A DNA stretch of 64,000 nt from Octopus sinensis (GCF_006345805.1 NC_043010.1:56730001-56794000), one strand, 5' to 3'. Positions 11,842 through 22,505 are shown, counted from the first letter of the stretch. Notes: a model not told the origin generated them from the sequence alone. Translations and numbers: made by a program.

Positions 11842-12007
11842 ATTTATATATGCATATATCCATATTGTTTTAATATTTCGCTTAGGTATTGTGAGACTAA
11901 TAACCCTGTGTAGAACTCAATATTCATATGTTTCAGAAGAAGTGTTAGTTGAGTATATAGTAGTAATAAGAAAAAGAGATGACAAAGGAATAAATGATTA
12001 TTTTATG

Positions 12008-12162
12008 AACTTCATTAGCTTACAGGTGTTTCTGCTCTAAGATGCAGTGGACTCATAGTTGTGTGCCTAGTTGAGGCTCCATTGAAGCTAAGGTGTTATT
12101 CAGGCACTCAACTATGAGTTTACTGTTTCTTATAGCAGAAACAGCTGTAGGCTAATGAAGTT
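12008..12162. repeat. 155-bp hairpin (61-bp arms, 33-nt loop), MITE-like
   Basis: 12008-12068 versus reverse complement of 12102-12162: 8 mismatches in 61. Confidence 0.85.
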
Positions 12163-12739
12163 ATACATGGATATATATATCCATGTTTTTGAAAATTCAC
12201 CTGAATTTTAAAAACCTGTAGTCTCTCTAGGGACTCAAGGAGTCAGTTTTTTTTTTTCCCTAAGCGTCCAGTTCCAATCAGAGGTAAAATTTCATTGGTC
12301 TAGTGAGAAATGATGTCACTTCTCACCAGACCAATGAAATTTTACCTCCAATCAGAGTGTGACCTTCAGGAAAAAAAAACAGAGTCCTTAGGAAAGTCAA
12401 CCAACTGGAACGATTGATGATCGTTAGGCAAAACTAATGACCAAGTCCCTAGAAGGAAGTCAACCAAACAGAACGCCAGACTTGATCAAAACAAAAACAG
12501 GTTCTTTATCATAATAAAGTGACGTCATGAAGCATACTACCAATCAAAACTTGTTCCTATGAATAGGAAACCAACCAACGAACCAAAACGCTAATGCCAA
12601 AACAAAATCTATTTTTTGACCAAAAACATCTACCAGAAAGAATAAGGCATCATTAGAATTCTAACAAATCAAAATTCTAGATCCTTTCACATGAAAAAAA
12701 AACATATATAAAAGATACTCTCTGATTCCCAAAGCCCAG

Positions 12740-13695
12740 TCATCATCATCATCGTTTAATGTCCGTTTTCCATGCTGGCATGGATTAGATGGTTTGATTG
12801 AAGTCTGGAAAGCCAGAGGCTGCACTAGGCTTCAATCTGATCTGGCAATGTTTCTACAGCTGGATGCCCTTCCTAATGCCAACCACTCTGAGAGTGTAGT
12901 GGGTGCTTCTTACGTGCCACCGGCATAGGAGCCAGCCAGGTGGGCCTGGCATTGATCACATTTGGATGGTGCTTTTTACATGCCACCAGCATGGGAGACA
13001 GACAGGGGTAACTGGCATCGGCCATGTTCGGATGGTGCTTTTTACGTGCCACTGGCACAGGAGCCAGTCATGGAGCACTGGCATTGACCATGTTCAGACG
13101 GTGCATTTTACATGCCACTGGCATGAGAGCCAGTCAGGGAGCAATGGCCACAGCTACGGTTTTGGTTTTACTTGACTCAACAGGTGTTCTCAAGCATATC
13201 ACATCACCCAATGCATCAAGGGTATGCAACACTGGCATCGGCCATGGCTGTGATCTCAATTTAGTTGCTGGGCCTTCTCAATCACAGCATATATCCAAAG
13301 GTCTCAGTCTCCTGTCATTGCCTATGTGAGGCCAAACGTTTGAAGGTCATGCTTCACCACCTCATCCCATGTCTTCCTGGGTCTACAGGTTCCTTCCATA
13401 GTTAGGGTCCTCATTCATATGTAACACATGACCACATGACCACACCAGCACAGTCATCTCTCTTGCACACCACATTTGATGCTTCTTAGGTCCAACTTTT
13501 CTCTCAGGGTGCTCACACTCTGTCACATATGCACACTGACATTACACACCCAGCAGATCATACTAGCTTCATTTCTTTCAAGCCTACGCATGTCCTCAGC
13601 AGTCATGGTCCATGTTTCACTGCCGTGAAGCATGGCAGTTCACACATGCATCATACAGTCTAACTTTCATCCTGAGTAAGAGGCCCTTAGTTACC
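12740..13695 (-). mobile_element. 5'-truncated RTE LINE with four 66-bp UTR units
   Basis: (CAT)n tail at 12741; ggtgc unit starts at 12902, 12968, 13034 and 13100; RT C-terminal coding remnant at 13320-13695. Confidence 0.9.
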
Positions 13696-13880
13696 TATAA
13701 AAACTCAATATCACTGAACTTTTAGTAATGAACATTTATTATATTATTTGCTGAACATTTACTTTGATATTATCTATCCCTGTCATTGAATCTTATGAGA
13801 ACATTTGAACATTTTATATATGTTTGTTTGATTTCTACTTTATAATTTTAAACTCTGTTTAATCCAATTGTTCTGTATAC

Positions 13881-13935
13881 ATTTGTATCACTGATAAACA
13901 AAAATTGTCGAAACTAGTTTGGTATGTATATAAAT
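13881..13935 (+). ncRNA. Degenerate type-I hammerhead ribozyme relic
   Basis: stem I atttgtatca / CUGAUAA (canonical CUGANGA) / acaa-aaa-ttgt-c / GAAAC / tagtttg / GUA / tg(t)atataaat, which pairs back with stem I (one bulge, one G-U). Confidence 0.5.
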
Positions 13936-14033
13936 AAATCTATTTAAAAACCACAAGTTTTTCAAATTTATGTGCATTTTCGAAAACAAATTCTCCTATA
14001 TTTTTTACTGCGTGGGAATACACCTCTTCTTCC

Positions 14034-14094
<61 letters not shown>

Positions 14095-14129
14095 GACGAT
14101 GACGATGATGATATATATATGTCCATTTA

Positions 14130-14690
14130 TTTATTTATATTCTTATTTCTTTTATGTGCTTCAGCCATGTAGCTGTAGTCGTGCTGGAACACCACCCTGT
14201 CTTTGTAACCTTTCTACAGCCCTCTTATTTGAATGATTTCTTGTGGCCCATTTGATGTATGAGGTAGTTTGACACTGATACCCTAATCAGTACTTCATGC
14301 CAGACATTGCTTCATTTGGTATTGTGGATAGGAGAATGTGTAGTTCTTGTTTGATAACATCCACAACCACATTGTGTAGGTTTCTTGATTCTTTTGGCAG
14401 AGCAGTGAAGAGCTGTGGGCCTTTGAATCCCAAGCTATTACATTACCTGGTCCATACTTTCTATGGAGTAGGCAGTATTTTGGTACCACGCAATGGCATC
14501 CAGTATGAACATTTGCATAACTCTTGATACCAAAGTTAGGTACTAGCTTTTCTAGAATTTTCCAATTATAGATTATTGCATACTAGCTTTTAAGCAACTG
14601 ACCCTGAATGGGAAAATCTGCAAACAGTTCTCTGACTTGTTTTGGAGATTTTGTTGCAATTGCTTCTTCCAGAGTCATATCTCAATGATG
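14130..14690 (-). mobile_element. CR1/L2-group LINE 3' end
   Basis: Minus strand GFKGPQLFTALPKESRNLHNVVVDVIKQELHILLSTIPNE; tail ggtggtgttccagcacgactacagc..ctgaagcacataaaag. Confidence 0.75.
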
Positions 14691-14694
14691 ATAA

Positions 14695-15058
14695 TATTCA
14701 TCGCAAAAAATCATGTAAAAAAAACTCGCCAAAAACAATCGCAGTAATGTAAGCATAGGAATCCAAAATTTCATGATTGCAGGTCCAGATTCGGTCTGGA
14801 AGCCTTTAGATTAAAATTTGTTATCATACAAAAAAATTTATTGCAAAAAGTCAAGTAAAAAATTCACTGAAAACAATCACAGTAATGAAGACTTGGGAAT
14901 CCAAAATTTCAGGATTGTGGGTCCGGATTTGGCCTGGAATGTTTTTAATTTACTCAAGGAGTCAGCCTAATTCCAAAATGGCATGTTATGTTCGGCTATA
15001 GCCTCTAGGAGTAAAGTTGAAAAAGTGTGACACACTGACATCCACATTTATTATATTA
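14695..15058. repeat. Unclassified interspersed element with two ~140-bp-period internal repeats
   Basis: gcaaaaaatcatgtaaaaaaaactcgccaaaaacaatcgcagtaatg..ggaatccaaaatttcatgattg (~14703) versus gcaaaaagtcaagtaaaaaattcactgaaaacaatcacagtaatg..ggaatccaaaatttcaggattg (~14843). Confidence 0.6.
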
Positions 15059-15075
15059 TATTATCATATTATACT

Positions 15076-15296
15076 AAAGCAGTAAACTGGCAGGATTGTT
15101 AGCACGCCGGGCGAAATGCTTAACGTTATTTCATCTGTCTTTACGTTCTGAGTTCAAATTCCACCGAGGTCGACTTTGCCTTTCATCCTTTCGGGGTCAA
15201 TAAAATTAGTACCAGTTACAAACTGGGGTCGATGTAATTGACTTAATCCCTTCCCCTAAAATTTGAGGCCTTGTGCTTCCAGTAGAAAGGATTTAT
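15076..15296 (+). mobile_element. tRNA-derived SINE family B
   Basis: ctggcaggattgttagcacgccgggcgaaatgc..gagttcaaattcc..gtcgactttgcctttcatcctttcgggg; homologous to 51373-51577. Confidence 0.85.
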
Positions 15297-15420
15297 TAAA
15301 GTTGAAAAAGTGTGACACACTCACATTCACATTTATTATATTAGGTATGTTTAATTTTGAGGAAACTTTATTTCAGTTAAAGTATATTTTATATATATAT
15401 ATGTGTGTGTGTGTGGGGGG

Positions 15421-15741
15421 GCACTCCGTCAGTTATGACGATGAGAGTTCCAGTTGATCCAATCAATGGAACAGCCTGCTTGTGAAATTAACATGCAAGT
15501 GGCTGAGCACTCCTGACACGTGTACCCCTAATGTAGTTCTCAGGGAAATTTAGCGTGACACAGAGTGTGACAAGGCTGGCCCCTTTGAAATATAGGTACA
15601 ACAGAAACAGGAAGAAAGAATGAGATAAAGTTGTGGTGTAAGAGTACAACAGGGTTCGCCACCACTCCCTGCCAGAGTTTCGTGGAGCTTAAAGTATTTT
15701 CGCTCAATAAACACTCACAATGCCCAGTCTGGGGATTTGAA
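15421..15741 (-). mobile_element. SINE family C (head truncated)
   Basis: Minus strand begins gtttcaaatccccagactgggc (B-box-like); non-coding body ending at (TG)n. Confidence 0.6.
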
Positions 15742-15744
15742 ACG

Positions 15745-17301
15745 ATCTCTCCTCATCCATCCGTAGTACATGACCATACCAACGCAAACGTCTCTCCTGC
15801 ACGCTGCATCCGATGCTTCTTATGCCCAACATTTCTCTCAGGGTGCTTACACTCTGTCGTGCATGGACACTGACATTACACATCCAGCGGATCATGCTAG
15901 CTTCATTTCTTTCGAGCCTACGCATGTCCTCCGTAGTCACAGCCCATGTTTTGCTGCCATGAAGAATGGCAGTTCGCACACATGTGTCGTACAATCTACC
16001 TTTCACTCTGAGTGAGAGACCCTTTGTAACCAGTAGGGGAAGAAGCTTTCTAAACTTTGCCCAGGTTATTCTTATTCTAGTGGTAACACTCTCTGAGCAT
16101 CCACCCCTGCTACTAACTTGGTCACCTAGGTAGCGGAAACTATCGACTACTTCTAGTTTCTCCCCCAGGACTGTAATGGAATCTGTTTTCTGAGTATCAA
16201 TGGTGTCTATTGCCCCTGTGCATCTGCCGCACACGAAAGCTATCTTCTTGGTTAATTTTCCTTTGATGTTGCTGCACCTCTTATGTGTCCATAGCTTACA
16301 CTGGGTACATCTTATGGAGTTTCTACCTACACCTTTTCTACAGATCGGGCAGGGCCACCTACCTGAAGGGGTGTGTGGTGAGTTTGCCTTCCTACTTACT
16401 AGAACTTGGGTCTTTGCTACATTGACTCTAAAGCTTTTTGATTCTAAACCTAGCTTTCACACACGAAATTTTTTCTTTTGTTCTGGTAGTGATTCTGCTA
16501 CAAGAGCTAGGTCATCAGCATAGAGGAGCTCCCAGGGGCAACCCGTCTTGAATTCCTCTGTTATTGCCTGGAGGACTATGATGAATAGAAGGGGACTGAG
16601 GGCTGAGCCTTGGTGGTAACCAACTTCTACCCGGAATTCTTCACTGTGCTCATTGCCAATCCTAACCTTACAACGGCCTGTATAGCCCTTATTAATCATT
16701 CGTCAATCTCCAGTTTCTGCATCGCCCACCAGATAAGGGATCGGGGGACCCTGTCAAAGGCTTTCTCCAAGTCCACAAAAGCTAAGTATAGGGGTTTATC
16801 TTTGGCTAGGTATTTCTCCTGGAGTTGTCGAACCAGGAATATGGCACCAGTGGTGCTTCTACCCGGCACAAAACTGAACTGCATCTCATCTAAGCAGACT
16901 CTCTCCCTGATGAGATGGGCTATGACCCTCTCCGTGACCTTCATTACCTGATCCAATAGTTTGATACCCCTGTAGTTATTTCTATCTAGAGCATCACCTT
17001 TACCCTTGTAGCAGTTGACTATGGTGCTGCTACACCAGTCATTGGGTATGACTTCATCATGAACTACCTGGTTTACAATGCAGGTGACTAGGCCATAGCC
17101 CACACCACCAGATGTTTTGAGCATCTCGGCAGTGATTCCTGATGGGCCGGGGGCTTTTCCTGGCTTCATACCCTTAATTGCTTTATCTACTAGGGAGCTA
17201 TCTATACGGGTAGCTGGTCCTTCTACTGGGTCAACATTTGGCAGGCTCTCCTCCTCCCATTCATTCTCCACATTCAGCAGTCTTTCATAATGGTTTCTCC
17301 A
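15745..17301 (-). pseudogene. RTE LINE ORF2 fragment: RT domain with intact PHD finger (16220-16351); few lesions
   Basis: ORFs 16696-17271 (KAPGPSG..YKGKGDALDRNNYRGIKLL..AFVDLEKAFDRVPR), 16457-16699 (HQGSALSPLLF..YADDL) and 15704-16234 (FRYLGD..RWYGHV); 5' end abuts (TA)n. Confidence 0.95.
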
Positions 17302-17935
17302 ATATATATATATATATATAATATATATATATATTGATTAACACATTCAACTTAACTTGACTGTGTTGTTTTGAACATCATAGACTGTAGTAACTGTCCT
17401 GAGTAACCATTTCATATAAACTCCAAGTGCTATAAAAAGTACAGAATATGTGGTAACTAATATTTGTTACAAAGGCTGCTTCTGTCACTAATATCTAATT
17501 TATATACAGTCTATCAGTTTTTTGTGACACCCCTGTGTAGCCAGTGTTAACAATACCAGTTTGATAGATTTTCAATCTTGCATTCAGGATTTGGCTGCCT
17601 CTTCTTGATGATTTAAAATCCATGATTAAGCCATGTAATACAATAATGCCATCCATTAGTACAGACAACATTTTGTCAACTGATATAATCTGTGCTTTTT
17701 ATAGCACCGAGTGTCTATATGAAATGATTTCTTAAGATGTTTACTGCAGTTTACAGCTTTCAAAACAATACATCCTAGTTAAGTTGGATGTGTTAATTAA
17801 TATTCATTACAAATGCTGCATCTCCAGCTAATAGCTAATATATTTATATGCATATACCCATGTCTGAATGTCTATGTGTATGTATATATATATATATATA
17901 TACACACACTCATATATATGTGTATATATGTGTGT

Positions 17936-18102
17936 CAGGCATGGCTGTATGGTAAGAAGTTTACTTCCCAAACACAAGTGGGTTCAGTCCCACTGCGTGC
18001 CACCTTGGGCAAAGTGTCTTTTGCTATAGCCCTGGGCTGACCAAAGCCTTGTCAGTGCATTTCGTAGATGGAAACTGAAAGAAGCCTGTTGTATATATAT
18101 AT

Positions 18103-18158
<56 letters not shown>

Positions 18159-18385
18159 CTGTGTGTGTGTGTCTTTGTGTATGTGTTTGTCTCTCCTCAC
18201 TGCTTGATAACCAGTGTTGGTGTGTTTACATCCCCATAACTTATCTGTTTGACAAAAGAGACTGATTGAATAAGTTCCAGGTTTTACAAAAAGATAATAA
18301 GTACAGAGATCAATTTGTTTGACTAAAATCCTTCAAGGCAGTGCCTCAGCGTGGCTGCAGTCTAATGAATGAAACAAGAAAAAGA
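17936..18385 (+). mobile_element. SINE family A, near full length
   Basis: Same head, central domain and tail as 8391-8790. Confidence 0.85.
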
Positions 18386-18548
18386 TATATATCATCATCA
18401 TCATCATCATCATCATTATCATTCAGTATCTGCTTTCCCTACAGGCATGTGTTAGACACACATACATACATGTATGTATGCATATACAAAGGGCCTCTTT
18501 CAGTTTCTGTCTACCAAATCTACTTGCAAAGCTATGATTGATTGGAGC

Positions 18549-18574
18549 TCATCATCTTCATCATCATCACCATC

Positions 18575-18634
<60 letters not shown>

Positions 18635-19712
18635 TAGCATCTGCTTTTCATGCTGGTGTGTGTTAGACAGTTTGACTGAAACTGGTAAGTTGGAGGCCTA
18701 CACTAGGTTCCAATCTGATTTGACATGGTTTCTATTGCTGGATGCCCTTCCTAATGTCAACCATTCCAAGAGTGTAGTGGGTGCTTTTTACATGCCACTG
18801 GCATGGGTACCAGTTATGTGACATCAGCATTGGTCACACCAATGGTTTCACTTGGCTTGACAGGTCTTCTCAAGTATGGCATGTTGCCAAAGGTCTTGGT
18901 CACTAATCATCTCCTTGAGTCCAATGCTTGAAGGGAGCTTTTTATGTATCACCAACATGGGTGCCTGTTATGTGACACCGGTATTGACCACAACTATGAT
19001 TCCAATTGGCTTTATGAGTTTTCTTAAGCATGGCATATTGCCAAAGGTCTTGGGCACTTGTCATTGCTTCTGCGAGGTCCTATGTTTGAAGATCATGCTT
19101 CATCACCTCGTCCCATATCTTTTTGGGTCTATCTCTTCTGTAGGCTCCCTCCACAATTAGAGATTGGCACTTTCTTACACAGCTGTTCTTGTCCATATGC
19201 ATGACATGACCATACCAGCTTAGTCTTCTCTCTTGTACACTACAACTGATGTCTTTTATACCCGATTTTTCTCTCAAGACACTAACACTCTATCGTAGAT
19301 GCACATTGGCATTGTACATCCAGTAGAGCATACTAACTTCATTTCTTAGCCCATGTTTCACTGTCATGTAGCACAGCTGTTCACACACAGGTATCATACA
19401 ATCTGCTCTTCACTCTGAAGGAGAAGCCCTTAGTTACCAACAGAGGTAGGAGCTTTCTGAACTTTGCGCAGCCTATTCTTATTCAAGCAGCTACACTCTC
19501 AGAGCATCCACCTCAGCTCCTGACTTGGTCACCTAGGTAATGGAATCTTTCAACTACTTCCAGTTTTATCCCTTGGTGTTTGATGGAGTCTATTTTCTGT
19601 ACATTTGTAGTGTTCATTGTACCTGTGCACCTTCCACACAAAAACTATCTTCCCTGTTAACCTTCCTCTGATATTGTGTCACCTCTTATGCGTTCATAGC
19701 TTACACTGAGTA
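18549..19712 (-). mobile_element. RTE LINE, 3' part (continues at 22028-22505)
   Basis: Long (CAT)n tail 18549-18633, 3' UTR, RT C-terminus up to the middle of the PHD segment. Confidence 0.9.
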
Positions 19713-22027
19713 GGAAGGAGGAATTTCAACCGTATTTCGTGGTCTGCTACCACAACAGCTCCTTTACAGGATCCAGTTAGCTCAAGACATCATCAGGAGG
19801 AACCACGTCCGGTTTCGGCCCCTACTCCTCTCCTGTTTTGACGTGGAGCCCCCCCCCCCTCCTTTTGGAGGTGTCTTCAGCTCTGGTGTTGGGTGCATGT
19901 CTTCTTTCTTCTGTTCCCTGGCCTCTTCGATGTAGCGTCAATGAGTGTCAGCAGGCAACTCGTCAAATTTTTTCCCTTTAAATACCTGCTGTAGGCTCCA
20001 GCAGGCAGCCCCAGCAAATTGTTACGTGACACTGTTTCAACTTTAACTGACCAATGAAGGCAAGTAGTCTTAGCCCATGCATTCTCTAAATGACTGTTAC
20101 CTGTCAATCAGTGAAGCTAATTCAGTGTCAGCTTGTCTCACCTAGTGATGTTATTTTCCGCTGGCATGTTATGACTTTCAAGCCATTTTTGGTCTTCCCG
20201 CTTCAGCCATATATAGAAAATGGCTTTTTCGACTGCCTCCTGTACTCTCCTTATTAGTTTTTTCAGCTCTGAGCTAGAAAAAACAAATCTTCTTTTGAAT
20301 AGCGTTGTCATTTTTCTTTCAATGAAGCCTCTAGCCCCCACTGCCAGGTGATAATATCCGACATTCCATCTCTGTTCTCTGCACTCTTCGATTAGTTTTC
20401 GTACCTCTTCTCCTTTCGTTCCTCTGCATTGCCAATGTTCTCTTCCCATGGCACTGTCAGTTCTAGCAAAATTCCTATTCTCTGTCCCATAGCACTAAAT
20501 CTGGTCTTTTTGTCGTTTTTATTAGTGGAAATATTACTTGTCTTTCCAAATCCGCGGCCACCTCCCAGTATCCCTTCCATCTTTCGTCTATCTTGTATAT
20601 TTTATTTGTAGGCCTGGTTTTATATCTTTTCCCCTTCTTCTGGAAGTATACTTTCCTGCACTTTTCCACTTTTGGGTACTCTCCCCTATTGTACCTCTCG
20701 ATCTTCTCCTTGAGTGCTGTGCATATGATGCCAAGGACTTGATTATGACGCCATGTATACCTTTCTAGTGCTAGTCTGCAGTTTCACAGAATATGTCTAA
20801 CCGTTGCTTTCTCTCCACATCTACATTCATCGGTTGTTTTTATGTTCCACCGGATTAAGTTCGCCGGTGAGGGTAGAATGTCGAAGGTAGACTTGATCAG
20901 GAAGGATGTTCTTGCTTGTTCCCAAGCCCAAAGTTCCTTCCATGATATTCTGCGGCTGATCACATATTCCTCCCATCTCAGGCACTGTCCCTGTTGACTA
21001 CATTGCACCAAATGTACATTTCGCCTTTCTTCTTCCTCCTTTCTCACTTCGTATACCACTGCCTCCTTCATCTCTTTTACACTGCTCTTGCAAAATGGCC
21101 TGAAATTGTGCGACCCTAGGCTAGCTCTTGCTTCTTGTGTCGCTCCGACTATATCTGCGTGCTTTAGTTCTCCGATCGCCCCGTTTACTGCCTCTTCCGC
21201 CTTCCATTTCCTCCCTGTTCGTACCTTTGGAGGGTTTTCCCGAATGCTCTGATCTTTTGAATATGTTAGCATCATTACTGTCCTTGTCTTTCCTGCCTTG
21301 TATTCTTCGGCAATTGATGTTATTGGTAGTTGCAGCACAGGTTTTCCAGTGCAGTTGTGTTCAGTGGTTTCAGCAGACCAAGCCATTTTCTGATAAACAT
21401 ACTGCATCTTTGTTCCATCCTTTCTACTCTACTCGAGGCTATTTCATACATTTGCAATGGCCGCATTATTCTTGGGTACAGCCCAAATTGCAGTATCCAA
21501 CATTTAAATTTTCCCGGCAGCGTTGTTCTGTCAATTGCCTTTAATCCTTGTTCTACTAACTCATGTGTTTCTTTCCCTTGCTTCTTATCATTTAATAAAT
21601 CTCTATACCATCTGCCGAGACTCTTTACTGGTTGTTCTTTCACCGTTGGTATGTCTTAACTTCCTATCCTGAATTTCACTTCTTCTTGCACTCCTTTCAT
21701 GAAAGCCACGCTTCGAGAGTTTTTGGCTTTGAATTTCATCCTTGCTCATCCTATCAGTTCGTCCAACCGCTTTAACATTCCCTCTGTTGCTTCTCTACTT
21801 TGTGATAATACAGTTACGTTGTCCATAAAAGCCCTTAATGGTGTCTTTGTAACAGCTTTCTCACAGTTTGTAGATCTAAGTAACATTTCCATGACTAGCA
21901 CAAATAAGATGACTGATATCGTGCATCTGGCTGCAATACCTATTTCAAGCCGTTGCCTCTCCGTTGTGAACTTTCCTGCTGTAAATCTCATCCTCAGGTT
22001 GTCGTAGTAGAACATGAGCATTCAGAA
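19713..22027 (-). mobile_element. 5'-truncated RLE-type non-LTR retrotransposon, probably Hero clade
   Basis: RT (GIAARCTISVILFVL, RAFMDNVT), LQFGLYPR..RKWLGL, TGRKWKAEEAV, CCHC knuckle CRCGEKATVRHILSNC, RHNQVL, RPDLVLW, ELTVPWEEN..KEKRY, GARGF; frameshifts; ~430-bp 3' UTR. Confidence 0.85.
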
Positions 22028-22505
22028 CTTATGAAGTTTCTACATATGACTTTTCTACAGATCAAGCAGGGTCATCTACCTGAAGGGATTTGTAATTTGT
22101 CCTCATTCCTTCTTGCTAAGACTTTGGTTTTTGCTAGATTAACTTTAAAACCCTTTGATTCTAGACCTTGCTTACACACCTGAAACTTCTCTAGTTCTGG
22201 TAGTGATTCAGCTATAAGAACAAGATCATCAGCATAGAGGAGCGCCCAGGGGCAGCCCATCTTAAAATCCTTTTGTTATTGCCTGGAGGACTAAGATGAA
22301 CAAGAAGGGGCTGAGGGCTGATCCTTGGTGAACCAATACTTGTACCCTGAATTCATTGCTATACTCATTGCTGACCTTCACTTTACTAACAGCATCCCTG
22401 TACATGGCTTGTACAGCTCTCACTAACCACTTGTCTATCCCTAGTTTCCACACTGATCACCAGATAGGGGAGTGGGAATCCTGTCAAAGGTTTTCTCCAT
22501 GTCAA
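22028..22505 (-). mobile_element. RTE LINE, 5' part of the copy split by the Hero element
   Basis: HQGSALSPFLF..PWALLYADDL..VNLAKTKVL..GR*PCLICRK; ends at (CA)n/(TA)n. Confidence 0.9.

Larger units (their letters stand above)
12217..13952 (+). mobile_element. Pseudo-LTR-like non-coding element (Penelope-like), split by an RTE insertion at 12740-13695
   Basis: 5' part has CCAAT boxes, TGACGTCA (12520-12527) and TATATAAAAG (12705-12714). 3' part (13696-13952) ends in a degenerate hammerhead plus AATAAA. tttaaaaacc occurs at both ends (12207-12216, 13943-13952). That the two parts belong to one element is inferred. Confidence 0.45.

Noticed and set aside
12902-13150. Four repeats at an exact 66-bp period with a hairpin core, superficially like a CRISPR array
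   Set aside because: The inter-core segments are homologous to each other rather than unique spacers, the array lies in a LINE 3' UTR, and there are no cas genes.
12217-13955. Solo LTR (starts TGTAG, could end ACCACA)
   Set aside because: No matching 4-6-bp TSD (aaacc versus agttt); the terminal hammerhead-like motif fits a Penelope pseudo-LTR better.
19713-19830. CUGAUGA and GAAA motifs in the Hero 3' UTR (minus strand)
   Set aside because: I could not build helices I-III with an NUH site in any hammerhead topology.
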